A program made the translations under genes and the position numbers. Below are positions 40,244 to 49,811 of a DNA stretch of 64,000 nucleotides, piece by piece (the first letter of the stretch is position 1; each line of letters starts with the position of its first letter). Under the pieces are notes generated by a model. It was given only the letters and a program-made list of their open reading frames with translations, did no database searches and was not told where the DNA came from. Location of the stretch: assembly GCF_003058365.1 (NCBI RefSeq), contig NZ_CP028858.1:1846836-1910835 (forward strand). The letters run 5' to 3'. The DNA is from Halococcoides cellulosivorans (GTDB taxonomy: Archaea > Halobacteriota > Halobacteria > Halobacteriales > Haloarculaceae).

Positions 40244-43200
40244 ATGACAGGAGATCGACCGGCCGATGATGCGGTGAGCCGGTTTGGACGGCGACGATTT
40301 CTACGGAGCGCGCTCGCCATCACTGGGCTGGGCTCACTCGCGAGTACCGTCCGTGCCGACGATTTCGATCAGGCGATCGAAGGGTCGGGCACTCGTGCGG
40401 ACCCGTTCGTACTCGCCGGTGTCGAAGATCTGGGCGCGCTCGGTGCCGCCCCAGAGGCACAGTTCGAACTCGCGGCCGACATCGACGCCACGGCCGGTGA
40501 CCGGCCGGGAAACATCCCCATCGAGACGTTCGCCGGGACACTGGAGGGCGAGGGCCACGAGATCCGTGGCCTGACCATCGAGCGACCCGACGGAGAGAAC
40601 ATTGGCCTGTTCAGCCGACTCGAGGGGACGGTTCGAAACCTCGCGCTGCCGGAGGTCACGATCGAAGGTGGATTTCAGACCGGCGCACTCGCCGGCGCCG
40701 CTGTCGCCGCGACGATCGAATCGGTCACCGTCTCTGGGACCGTCAGCGGGGCCGAGCGGGTCGGCGGACTCGTCGGCTCTCTCGACGCCGAGACCGGCGA
40801 ACCGGCCGGATCGACGATGATCGACTGTACCGGCGACTGTGAGGTCCGGGCCGACGAGGGATCGGCCGGGGGACTCGTGGGGCGAGCCCACGGGAGTCAG
40901 GCGGCCCGGGTGGACGTGATCGACAGCGAGGCGAGCGGATCGGTCACCGGAGAGAGCTTCGTCGGCGGCCTCGTCGGGGGGATGGACAGCGCCTTCGACA
41001 TGGAAGGCGTCGTGGTCGAGAACTGCCGCGCTTCGGCGTCGATCCACACGACGGACGATCCGGGGTCGCACTTCGGCGGGTTGGTCGGAGGGATCAACGA
41101 CGGCCTGATCGCGTCGTGTCGAGCCACGGGGTCGCTTTCGTGCGGATCGGCCTCCGAAGTCGGTGGCCTCGTCGGCGAGATTCGCGATCCGAACGCGACA
41201 GTCGAACATTCGGCGGCGACCGGCGACGTCAGCGGCGACTACGATGTCGGCGGCCTCGGCGGACATATCGTCTACGGCACCGTCAGGCAGTGTTTCGCAA
41301 CCGGCGACGTCACCGGGTCCGAACGGGTCGGCGGTATCGGAGGCGAGGTCCGCGAGGCGACCGTCGTCGATTCGTACGCTCGTGGCGCCGTCACCGGCGA
41401 AAAAGCGGTCGGCGGGATCGCGGGAATTCACCGAAAAACCTTCGGAAACCCGTGTATCGTCGAGCGAACCCTGGCGACCGGACCGATCGACGGCGACGAG
41501 TCAGTCGGCGGGGTCGTCGGCGGCGTCGACGGGACCGACGTCGATGCCTCGTACTACGACACCGAGGCCACGGGCATCGACCAGCCCGATCCGGGCGCCG
41601 ACGGCGACGCGGACGGCAGCGACCAGGGCATCGGTCTACCGACCCAGGAGTTGCAGGGGCAGTCGGCCAGCGACTCGCTCGTCGAATTCGACTTCCAGAA
41701 CGTCTGGCAGACTGCCACCGACGAGTATCCAACGCTCCAGACGTTCGGGCGCGACGCCGGGGGCGAGACCACGGCCACGATCGACGGACTCCGGCTGCGA
41801 CAGACTGTCGAACACACGCGGGCGTTCGACGACGACGCGACGCTCCGGATGACGGCCGGGGAGAGCCTACCAGCCGCCCAGTCACTCGTGGGATCGACGG
41901 ACGATCCCGCGGTCGTCTGGTCGGCGTCGACCCCGGACCTCGTCGAGAGTCGGCAGACGGTCCCACTGTTCGACTGCCGAGTCGACGATCCCGACGCGAT
42001 CGCACAGGCGGTCGACGTCGAAACGCGACTCGTCCGTGACGGCGAGACCCTCCTCGAGGCGACCGGGTCCCTCGGACCGGCCACGATTGCGGGGACGGAT
42101 CCGGACCGACGCGAGAATCTGGAGAACGCCGGGATCGAACCGCCCGCCCACCTCCCGGTCGTGGAGATACTCGCCGGCGCGAACGACGACGCCAGGGGTG
42201 CGCTCCCGACACTGCCGGCGGTGCCAGACTGCGAGTACGAGGTGACCGTCGCCGGGCCGAACCTCGCCGAACCGGTGACCGCGAGCGTCTCGACCGGTGG
42301 CGAGACGGTCTCGGCACCCACACTTCAGGTCGGCGTCATCGCCATCGAGGGGCACTGGAGCATCTCCGAGGAGTTCGACTTCGATCAGGAGCCACGGATG
42401 GACCTGTACGCGGAGCGACTCGGTCAGTACCTTCTCCAGACCTATCCGGTGAGAACCGTCGACGTCGTCGTCTACGAGGGGCCAGTCTACGAAGGATATA
42501 TTCACACCAAGCATCACCTGGCGAGCAAGGTCGAAGACGGGTTCGTAGACACGTATGGACGGTACGACCGTCAGACGACGATCCGGCACACGGTCGACGG
42601 GACACAGTTCAGAGTCGACGAACCGGTCTCACTCGACGCCGAGATCGCCGTGGTGCCACCCGAGTTTTTCGACGGCGAGGAAACCGGAGCCGTACCCGAG
42701 GCCAACGGAACGCCGCGCACTGACGTCATCCTCGTCGAGTTCGGTTCACCACTCGTCGCGGCCCACGAACTCGGTCACTACTTCCTCGGCGGTGACGAGG
42801 CCTACGCCGGGGCTGGTGTCCCGGACGACGACAGCGGCGCCCACGCCGGCGATTCGGTCACCTCGACTGGCCTCGAGATCCAGGGCGAGAAATTCGCCGT
42901 CCACCCGGGCCGGAGGTCGGTGATGGCCTCGAGCGGGAGCGACCTCTGGCCGGACGCTCACTTCACCCAGCAGTTAATCGACGGCGAGTTCGACGCCGAG
43001 ACGACGTCACTCGCCGGGGGCGTCGTCGATGCGATCGGCGACATGATCAGAGGACTGGCGTTCGCCGGTAGCGGACTCGACCGGCTCGAAAGCAGCCCGG
43101 AGACCGACCACGTCGATATCGTCGACGCGATCGAGACGGTCGACGAGGCCACCGAGCGACTCGCGGAGACGCAGTCGGACGCGAACTCCCAGTTCCAGGT

Positions 43201-44149
43201 GCCAGATCTGCCCCCGGACCTCGAGGACGACCTCGACACAGCGGGCGAGGCGCTCCAGCGCGTCGGCCGGGACCTCCAGGGTGGCCCACCGGCTGCCGTC
43301 CCCCATCCAGACGGCGGGGGGACGACCACGGCCACCGCCGCCGGGCAGTGGACCGAGCGACTCGGCGAGCGCCTCTGCGACGACGCCAGCGACCTCCAGA
43401 CGGACGCGATCGACTGGATGCTCCGGGTCGTCGGCTACATCGACGACGAGTTGACCGTCGAAGCCGAGGTCATCCCGGTCCTCGACCGCCCCGCGGAGGG
43501 AGACACCGAGGAGTCGATCGTCGCGCGGGGGCCTGGCGGGGCCGAGTTGGCCCGCGGGGACGCCACCGCGTTGATCGAGAGCGTCAGCACCGCCGGTCGC
43601 GAGTCGATCGACGGCGCCGTCTCCGGGATCGTCCGGGTGCCCGCCGAGACGACGACCGTCGAGGTGCGCGTCTCCACGGACGGCAGCGAGCACCACACGA
43701 CGATCGATCCCGTCGTCGATCCGGTCCGAGCAGGACTGGACGGACTGCCGAGCGCGGCGGTCACCGATCCCGACGGCCTGGACACCGCAGCCGCGGCCCT
43801 CGAGCGCGCGAGCGAGCAACTCGCCGAGGGGAACCGCGACGCCGCCGTGGAGACGCTCCGGAGCGCGCGAGACGATCTGGAGCGCGCGGTCGACGCTGAC
43901 GCCGAATCCGGGCCCGGCGAAGCCGATCCCGGGGCCGTACTTGCCCGACTCGACGGACAGATCGACCGGGTGCGCGGCGTCGGTGAGTCCGATGGGTGGG
44001 GCCTGCTCCCCTGGCTGATCGGCGGTGGCGTCCTGGCCGGCGGCGGATTGGTGACCGGCGGTGTCGTCACCGGTGGGCTACTCTACCGATATCGCAACGC
44101 GATTTTCGGTGGCGGAGAAAACGACGGGCCCGATTCTGAGGCCTCTTAG
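40244..44149 (+). CDS. Giant (1301 aa) Tat-secreted surface protein with about 9 GLUG-motif repeats, HExxH zinc-metallopeptidase-like motif, and C-terminal Gly-rich TM anchor
   Basis: Twin-arginine signal SRFGRRRFLRSALAITGLG. Recurrent VGGLVG/VGGIGG GLUG units (aa 170-430). AAHELGHYFLGGDEAY (aa about 845). C-terminal LLPWLIGGGVLAGGGLVTGGVVTGGLLY. Confidence 0.7.
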   Translation: MTGDRPADDAVSRFGRRRFLRSALAITGLGSLASTVRADDFDQAIEGSGTRADPFVLAGVEDLGALGAAPEAQFELAADIDATAGDRPGNIPIETFAGTLEGEGHEIRGLTIERPDGENIGLFSRLEGTVRNLALPEVTIEGGFQTGALAGAAVAATIESVTVSGTVSGAERVGGLVGSLDAETGEPAGSTMIDCTGDCEVRADEGSAGGLVGRAHGSQAARVDVIDSEASGSVTGESFVGGLVGGMDSAFDMEGVVVENCRASASIHTTDDPGSHFGGLVGGINDGLIASCRATGSLSCGSASEVGGLVGEIRDPNATVEHSAATGDVSGDYDVGGLGGHIVYGTVRQCFATGDVTGSERVGGIGGEVREATVVDSYARGAVTGEKAVGGIAGIHRKTFGNPCIVERTLATGPIDGDESVGGVVGGVDGTDVDASYYDTEATGIDQPDPGADGDADGSDQGIGLPTQELQGQSASDSLVEFDFQNVWQTATDEYPTLQTFGRDAGGETTATIDGLRLRQTVEHTRAFDDDATLRMTAGESLPAAQSLVGSTDDPAVVWSASTPDLVESRQTVPLFDCRVDDPDAIAQAVDVETRLVRDGETLLEATGSLGPATIAGTDPDRRENLENAGIEPPAHLPVVEILAGANDDARGALPTLPAVPDCEYEVTVAGPNLAEPVTASVSTGGETVSAPTLQVGVIAIEGHWSISEEFDFDQEPRMDLYAERLGQYLLQTYPVRTVDVVVYEGPVYEGYIHTKHHLASKVEDGFVDTYGRYDRQTTIRHTVDGTQFRVDEPVSLDAEIAVVPPEFFDGEETGAVPEANGTPRTDVILVEFGSPLVAAHELGHYFLGGDEAYAGAGVPDDDSGAHAGDSVTSTGLEIQGEKFAVHPGRRSVMASSGSDLWPDAHFTQQLIDGEFDAETTSLAGGVVDAIGDMIRGLAFAGSGLDRLESSPETDHVDIVDAIETVDEATERLAETQSDANSQFQVPDLPPDLEDDLDTAGEALQRVGRDLQGGPPAAVPHPDGGGTTTATAAGQWTERLGERLCDDASDLQTDAIDWMLRVVGYIDDELTVEAEVIPVLDRPAEGDTEESIVARGPGGAELARGDATALIESVSTAGRESIDGAVSGIVRVPAETTTVEVRVSTDGSEHHTTIDPVVDPVRAGLDGLPSAAVTDPDGLDTAAAALERASEQLAEGNRDAAVETLRSARDDLERAVDADAESGPGEADPGAVLARLDGQIDRVRGVGESDGWGLLPWLIGGGVLAGGGLVTGGVVTGGLLYRYRNAIFGGGENDGPDSEAS

Positions 44150-44301
44150 ATGTCCTCGACACTGTGTCGAGAGCGGTGATCACACCGTCGGTCGTGATCA
44201 CGGCCAGTGCCGGACGAGTGAGTGCCCCACGACGACGGCAGGAAAGGCCGACGGGTGACCAGTCGCCGGAGTTCGATCGTCGTCGAAGCTCCGGTATCGT
44301 C

Positions 44302-44916
44302 TCAGTTCTCCGGGTGGGACTTCTCGCGCACGACACGCGTGCCCGCGAGTCGATCACCCAGGCGGCGGTAATCGTCACGACCGACCAGCACGACGATTTC
44401 GACCAGCCCCCACGCCCCGATCAGAGCCAGCGCCATCGGGTCGAAAAGCCAGTTGATCACCGGGATGCCGCCGAGCAGACCGGCGAGGACGATTACCACC
44501 GGGAGCGGCACCAGCAAGACCGCGGTCCGGGTGACGGACTGCCGCAGCGTCATCGCAGTGCCGTCCGAAGAGACGGCACGCAGATCGAACAACTCCTTCC
44601 CGAGCGTCTGCCCAGCAAGGATCGGCGCGCCGGCGTAGTAGCCCACCCACAGCACGGTCAGCGTCACCCACTTGATCACGGCGAGGACGGCGCTCATCAC
44701 CACCGTCGCCCCGATAATGGTGGCGAACGCTTCGATTTCAGCGGATTCAGACGCGTACGATTCCGGCGAGAGAGCGCCGAGCAGGACAGCGCCCAGAAGC
44801 TGATTGATGGCATAGAAGAATCCGATCGCGAACACGAGCACTCCGCCAGCGACGAGCGCATCCACCCCAGCGGCGAGCAGACGGTCCTGAAGATACTCGT
44901 CGTCGGTGTCGGGCAT
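44302..44916 (-). CDS. RDD-family membrane protein
   Basis: RDD-domain topology (3 TM; R..D..D pattern). ATG 44916; the track start is GTG 44952. Confidence 0.6.
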   Translation of the reverse strand: MPDTDDEYLQDRLLAAGVDALVAGGVLVFAIGFFYAINQLLGAVLLGALSPESYASESAEIEAFATIIGATVVMSAVLAVIKWVTLTVLWVGYYAGAPILAGQTLGKELFDLRAVSSDGTAMTLRQSVTRTAVLLVPLPVVIVLAGLLGGIPVINWLFDPMALALIGAWGLVEIVVLVGRDDYRRLGDRLAGTRVVREKSHPEN

Positions 44917-45236
44917 GTCCGATCGGTCGATCGGCCGTGGGATATGCGTCACGACACGAGCGCCCGGACCGTCGAGCGTCTCGATGCTCGCGAGGGACGG
45001 GCGCTCGGACGGGCGCTCGGGCGGGCACCCGGATGGAAAGCGGTCACAGAGAGGCGTTCGGGAGTGACCCCTCTCCTCTTCCCCCCCCTTCCCACCCCCA
45101 AACGTGGTAGACGCCGCCTACCCCCCATCGAGGCGCGTGTGAACGGCCCGCACTGCCGACGAGAAGCGGACCCTTTTTGGGTGTCGGCGGGAGAGAACCG
45201 GCACAGTCTAGTGTCACGGCGGGGAAGCGCCCCGGC

Positions 45237-46091
45237 ATGACGCTCAGCCTGCTCGTGCCGTCGTCGCTCACGCGGGAAGCCCCGGACAAACGCGAAGCGA
45301 CCCGGAAGATCGGTACCGTCGCTCGGACGGCGGTGATCTTCGGGGTCGACCGGATCACGGTCTATCCGGATCCGGACGGGGACGCCGCCCGCGGCGGCGG
45401 GTTCGTCGCCACGGTGTTGGCCTACGCCGCCACACCCCCCTACCTCCGAAAGGACGTATGGGACAGGCGGGACGAACTGGAGCAAGTTGGCGTCTTGCCG
45501 CCGCTCCGCGTCGGAACACGGACCGGCTCCGGATCGGACGATTCGGGGTCGTTGAGACAGGGACTCGTGACCGAGGTCGGATCTGATGGGCGCGTCCGGG
45601 TCAATTGCGGACTGCAACACCCGATCTCCCTGCCCGTTCCGGGCGACCGGAGCGTTCGCAAGGGAGAGCGCGTCACCGTCAGGATCTCTTCGAGACGACC
45701 GGTCCGCGCGAAGATCGTCGACCACGACCCACCGGGGTACAGTGTCGACCGAGCGGACCTGGACACCGCGCTCGATCGAGCCGATTCCGGACTCCGGGTG
45801 GCTGCGTCGCGACACGGCGTGGCGACCACGACCGGCCGGCTCGATCGACTCGTCGGAGCGATCGCCGATCGCGGCGGACTGACCGTCGCCTTTGGCGCAC
45901 CCGAACGCGGTCTCCCGGCCATCCTCGGCCGGGACCCGCCGGCAGCAGAGTGGCCGGCAGACCTGGAGTCCGGATCGGACGGCGACCGATTCGACCTCTG
46001 GCTCAACACGATCCCGGATCAGGGCAGCGAGGTCGTTCGCACCGAAGAGGCTGCGATCGCGACGCTCGCCTGCCTGACGCTGACGGAGTGA
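45237..46091 (+). CDS. SPOUT-superfamily RNA methyltransferase (COG2106-like)
   Basis: Trefoil-knot MTase-like motifs, located immediately upstream of rpl3. Start at the internal ATG 45237. Confidence 0.55.
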   Translation: MTLSLLVPSSLTREAPDKREATRKIGTVARTAVIFGVDRITVYPDPDGDAARGGGFVATVLAYAATPPYLRKDVWDRRDELEQVGVLPPLRVGTRTGSGSDDSGSLRQGLVTEVGSDGRVRVNCGLQHPISLPVPGDRSVRKGERVTVRISSRRPVRAKIVDHDPPGYSVDRADLDTALDRADSGLRVAASRHGVATTTGRLDRLVGAIADRGGLTVAFGAPERGLPAILGRDPPAAEWPADLESGSDGDRFDLWLNTIPDQGSEVVRTEEAAIATLACLTLTE

Positions 46092-46098
46092 GAACGCG

Positions 46099-47109
46099 AT
46101 GCCACAACCAAACCGACCACGGAAAGGCTCGATGGGCTTCAGCCCGCGCTCGCGAGCGGCCAGCGAGACGCCACGATTCGAGAGTTGGCCAGACGACGAC
46201 GGCCAGCCCTCGATCCAGGGCTTCGCCGGCTACAAAGCCGGCATGACCCACGTGGTGATGATCGAAGACCGCCCCGACGCCCCCCGCGAGGGGATGGAGA
46301 CGACGGTGCCGGTCACGGTCGTCGAGACACCGCCGATGCGCGCGGTGGCCCTCCGAGCCTACGAAGAGACGCCGTACGGCCTGCGCCCACTGACGGAGGT
46401 CTGGACCGACGAGTTCCACGCGGACCTCGATCGCGCCCTGGACCTGCCCGAGGGCCCGGCCGGCGGCACTGAAGCACAGATCCGAGACGCCATCGAATCG
46501 GGCGATCTGGGCGACCTGCGGGTCATCACCCACACGGTCCCCGAGATGCTCGACGGCGTCCCGAAGAACAAACCCGACGTGATGGAGACGCGCCTCGGCG
46601 GCGGCACGCTCGAAGATCGGCTGGAGCACGGCCTCGAACTCATCGAGGACGGTGGAGAACACGGCGTCAACGACGTGTTCCGTGCCGGCGAGTACGCCGA
46701 CATCGCAGGCGTCACCAAGGGCAAGGGCACCCAGGGCCCCGTCAAGCGCTGGGGCGTCCAGAAACGAAAGGGGAAACACGCCCGCCAGGGCTGGCGCCGA
46801 CGCATCGGCAACCTCGGCCCGTGGAACCCCTCCCGGGTGCGCTCGACGGTGCCCCAGCAGGGGCAGATGGGCTACCACCAGCGGACCGAACTCAACAAGC
46901 GCCTCATCGACATCGACGAAGAGGGCGTCACCCCCGACGGTGGCTTCGTCAACTACGGCGAGGTCGAGGGGTCGTACACGCTGGTGAAAGGCTCGGTGCC
47001 CGGTCCGCAGTCCCGTCTGGTGCGCCTGCGGCCGGCCGTCCGGCCGACCGACCAGCCGCGTCTCGACCCCGAGGTGCGGTACGTTTCCACGGAGTCTAAC
47101 CAGGGATAA
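46099..47109 (+). CDS. rpl3: 50S ribosomal protein L3 (uL3)
   Basis: FAGYKAGMTHV signature. Confidence 0.95.
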   Translation: MPQPNRPRKGSMGFSPRSRAASETPRFESWPDDDGQPSIQGFAGYKAGMTHVVMIEDRPDAPREGMETTVPVTVVETPPMRAVALRAYEETPYGLRPLTEVWTDEFHADLDRALDLPEGPAGGTEAQIRDAIESGDLGDLRVITHTVPEMLDGVPKNKPDVMETRLGGGTLEDRLEHGLELIEDGGEHGVNDVFRAGEYADIAGVTKGKGTQGPVKRWGVQKRKGKHARQGWRRRIGNLGPWNPSRVRSTVPQQGQMGYHQRTELNKRLIDIDEEGVTPDGGFVNYGEVEGSYTLVKGSVPGPQSRLVRLRPAVRPTDQPRLDPEVRYVSTESNQG

Positions 47110-47112
47110 CCC

Positions 47113-47856
47113 ATGCAGGTACCAGTACGCGACCTGGACGGCGAGGCCGAGGGCGAGCGAGAGCTGCCCGAGGCCTTCGAGACGCCCGTTCGACCGGAAC
47201 TGATCCGGCGGGCCGTCCACGCCGCCCAGGCCAATCGCACGCAGGATTACGGCACAGACGAGTACGCGGGCCTTCGAACGCCCGCGGAATCGTTCGGTAG
47301 CGGTCGCGGTCAGGCCCACGTGCCCCGCCAGAACGGCGTCGGGAAACGCGTTCCCCACGCCACCGGCGGGCGCGCGTCCCACGGGCCGACGACCGACACC
47401 GACCGGACGAAATCGATCAACGACAAAGAGCGCAAACTCGCCGTTCGATCGGCGGTCGCAGCGACCGCCGACCCCGAACTGGTCGAAGAGCGCGGGCACG
47501 TCTTCGACGACGACATCGACCTTCCGATCGTCCTCGACGACGAGTTCGAAGACCTCGAAAAGACCCAGGATGCGCTGGCAGCCTTCGAGGCGCTGGGTCT
47601 CGCGGGCGACGTCGAGCGCGCCGACGAGACGAGCGTCAAGGCCGGCCGTGGGACGACCCGCGGACGGGGCCGTCGACGCCCGACCGCAGTGCTCGTCGTC
47701 ACGAGCGAGGAGCCCTCGCGGGCCGCTCGCAACCTCGCTGGGGTCGACGTGACCACCGGCCGCGAAGTGGACGCCGAGGACCTCGCACCGGGCGGCCAGC
47801 CCGGTCGGCTGACCGTCTGGACTCAATCGGCGCTGGAGGAGGTGGCCGAGCGATGA
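47113..47856 (+). CDS. rpl4: 50S ribosomal protein L4 (uL4)
   Basis: uL4 family; operon position. Confidence 0.95.
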   Translation: MQVPVRDLDGEAEGERELPEAFETPVRPELIRRAVHAAQANRTQDYGTDEYAGLRTPAESFGSGRGQAHVPRQNGVGKRVPHATGGRASHGPTTDTDRTKSINDKERKLAVRSAVAATADPELVEERGHVFDDDIDLPIVLDDEFEDLEKTQDALAAFEALGLAGDVERADETSVKAGRGTTRGRGRRRPTAVLVVTSEEPSRAARNLAGVDVTTGREVDAEDLAPGGQPGRLTVWTQSALEEVAER

Positions 47857-48116
47857 CCGATCCGATCGATATCATCGAGCACCCGACCGTCACGGAGAAG
47901 GCGATGGACAAGATGGACTTCGAGAACAAACTCCAGTTCATCGTCGACATCGACGCCGCCAAACCCGAGATTCGGGATGCGATCGAAGAGCAGTTCGACG
48001 TCTCGGTCACCTCGGTGAACACCCAGGTGACCATGGACGGCACGAAAAAAGCTGAAGTCACGCTCTCGGCCAGCGACGACGCCGAGGAAGTGGCCTCGCG
48101 AATCGGGGTGTTCTGA
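47853..48116 (+). CDS. rpl23: 50S ribosomal protein L23 (uL23)
   Basis: uL23 family; operon position. Confidence 0.95.
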   Translation: MTDPIDIIEHPTVTEKAMDKMDFENKLQFIVDIDAAKPEIRDAIEEQFDVSVTSVNTQVTMDGTKKAEVTLSASDDAEEVASRIGVF

Positions 48117-48118
48117 AC

Positions 48119-48856
48119 ATGGGACGACCGACTCAAGGCCAGCGACGCGGGCGCGGCAGTTCGACGTTCCGTGCGCCCTCCCATCGCTACAAGGCGAACC
48201 TGGAACACCACGAGACGACCGACGAGGAGACGATCAGCGGCGAGGTCGTCGACATCGAGCACGACCCCGCGCGCAGTGCGCCGATCGCGGTCGTCGAATT
48301 CGACGACGGCGGCGACGAGCCAGACCAGCGGATGGTGCTCGTCCCCGAAGGCGTCGGCGTCGGTGACGAACTCCAGATCGGCATTTCCGCCGCTGTGGAG
48401 CCGGGCAACACGATGCCGCTCTCGGAGATTCCCGAGGGCGTCCCGATCTGTAACGTCGAGTCCAACCCGGGCGACGGCGGGGTCTTCGCGCGCGCATCTG
48501 GCGTGAACGCCCGCCTGATGGCTCACGACCGCAATGTGGCGGTCGTCCAGCTGCCCAGCGACGAAGTCAAGCGGCTCGACCCGGACTGCCGGGCGACGAT
48601 CGGCGTCGTCGCGGGCGGTGGCCGGACGGACAAGCCGATGGTGAAAGCCGGGAACAAGTACCACAAGATGGCTGCACGCGGGACGAAATGGCCCAGCGTG
48701 AGCGGCGTCGCGATGAACGCCATCGACCACCCCTTCGGTGGGGGCGGTCGCCAGCACCCCGGTCGACCCAAATCCGTTTCGCGGAACGCCCCGCCGGGTC
48801 AGAAGGTCGGGGACATCTCCTCGCGACGGACCGGACGCGGTGGTGACGACGAATGA
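48119..48856 (+). CDS. rpl2: 50S ribosomal protein L2 (uL2)
   Basis: uL2 motifs (GRNxxG, HP). Confidence 0.95.
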   Translation: MGRPTQGQRRGRGSSTFRAPSHRYKANLEHHETTDEETISGEVVDIEHDPARSAPIAVVEFDDGGDEPDQRMVLVPEGVGVGDELQIGISAAVEPGNTMPLSEIPEGVPICNVESNPGDGGVFARASGVNARLMAHDRNVAVVQLPSDEVKRLDPDCRATIGVVAGGGRTDKPMVKAGNKYHKMAARGTKWPSVSGVAMNAIDHPFGGGGRQHPGRPKSVSRNAPPGQKVGDISSRRTGRGGDDE

Positions 48857-48914
48857 GTTCTGTCACACGCTCCGCGCGCGACACCCTCATGAGTCTCACC
48901 GGAGGTGAGAACGA

Positions 48915-49340
48915 ATGAGTTCTAGTGATTACCAGATCGGCCACGAGGGTGAGTTCACCTACCGTGGCTACACGGTCGACGAGTTGCAGGAGATGTCGGT
49001 CGACGAGGTCGCGGAACTGCTCCCCGCACGCCAGCGGCGAACTATCGAGCGCGGCCTGTCCTACGAGAAAGAACAGCTTCTCGAAGCGGCCCGCGAGGCC
49101 GGTGAAGAAGAGACTGCGAACGACCCGATCCGGACGCACCTCCGGGACATGCCGATTCTCCCGGACTTTATCGGGATCACCTTCGCGGTCCACACTGGCC
49201 AGGCCTTCGAGCGCGTGAAGGTCGAACCCGAAATGCTCGGGCATTACCTCGGGGAGTTCCAACTCACCCGGACGTCGGTCGAGCACGGACAGGCCGGCAT
49301 CGGAGCGACGCGCTCCTCCAAGTTCGTGCCACTCAAATAA
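48915..49340 (+). CDS. rps19: 30S ribosomal protein S19 (uS19)
   Basis: [14 protein letters not shown] signature; GGAGGTGA SD-like motif upstream. Confidence 0.95.
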   Translation: MSSSDYQIGHEGEFTYRGYTVDELQEMSVDEVAELLPARQRRTIERGLSYEKEQLLEAAREAGEEETANDPIRTHLRDMPILPDFIGITFAVHTGQAFERVKVEPEMLGHYLGEFQLTRTSVEHGQAGIGATRSSKFVPLK

Positions 49341-49343
49341 CCC

Positions 49344-49811
49344 ATGGGAATCAGCTACAGTGTCGACGTCGATCCCGATCGCACGGCGAAAGCCATGCTC
49401 CGGGAACGACAGGTAAGCCACAAGCACAGCAAGGCCATCGCGCGCGAGATCAAGGGCCGCACCGCCGGCGACGCCCTCGACTATCTCGACAGCGTCATCG
49501 AGGGCGAGCGGTCCGTCCCGTTCAAGTCCCACAACACCGGCGTCGGACATCGCTCGGACATCGAGGGCTGGGACGCGGGCCGGTACCCCGAGAAGGCCGC
49601 CGGGGCCTTCGTGGACCTCCTGGAGAACGCGGTCGGCAACGCCGACCACCAGGGGTTCGACGGGGAGTCGATGACCATCGCCCACGTCGCCGCCCACAAG
49701 GTCGGTGAGAGCGAGGGGCGCAAGCCCCGGGCGATGGGGCGGGCCAGTCCCTGGAACACCCCCGAGGTCGACGTCGAGTTGATCCTCGAAGCACCGGAGG
49801 GTGATGCCTGA
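49344..49811 (+). CDS. rpl22: 50S ribosomal protein L22 (uL22)
   Basis: uL22 family; operon position. Confidence 0.95.
   Translation: MGISYSVDVDPDRTAKAMLRERQVSHKHSKAIAREIKGRTAGDALDYLDSVIEGERSVPFKSHNTGVGHRSDIEGWDAGRYPEKAAGAFVDLLENAVGNADHQGFDGESMTIAHVAAHKVGESEGRKPRAMGRASPWNTPEVDVELILEAPEGDA

Noticed and set aside
46003-47826. 607-aa minus-strand ORF
   Set aside because: Antisense to rpl3/rpl4.
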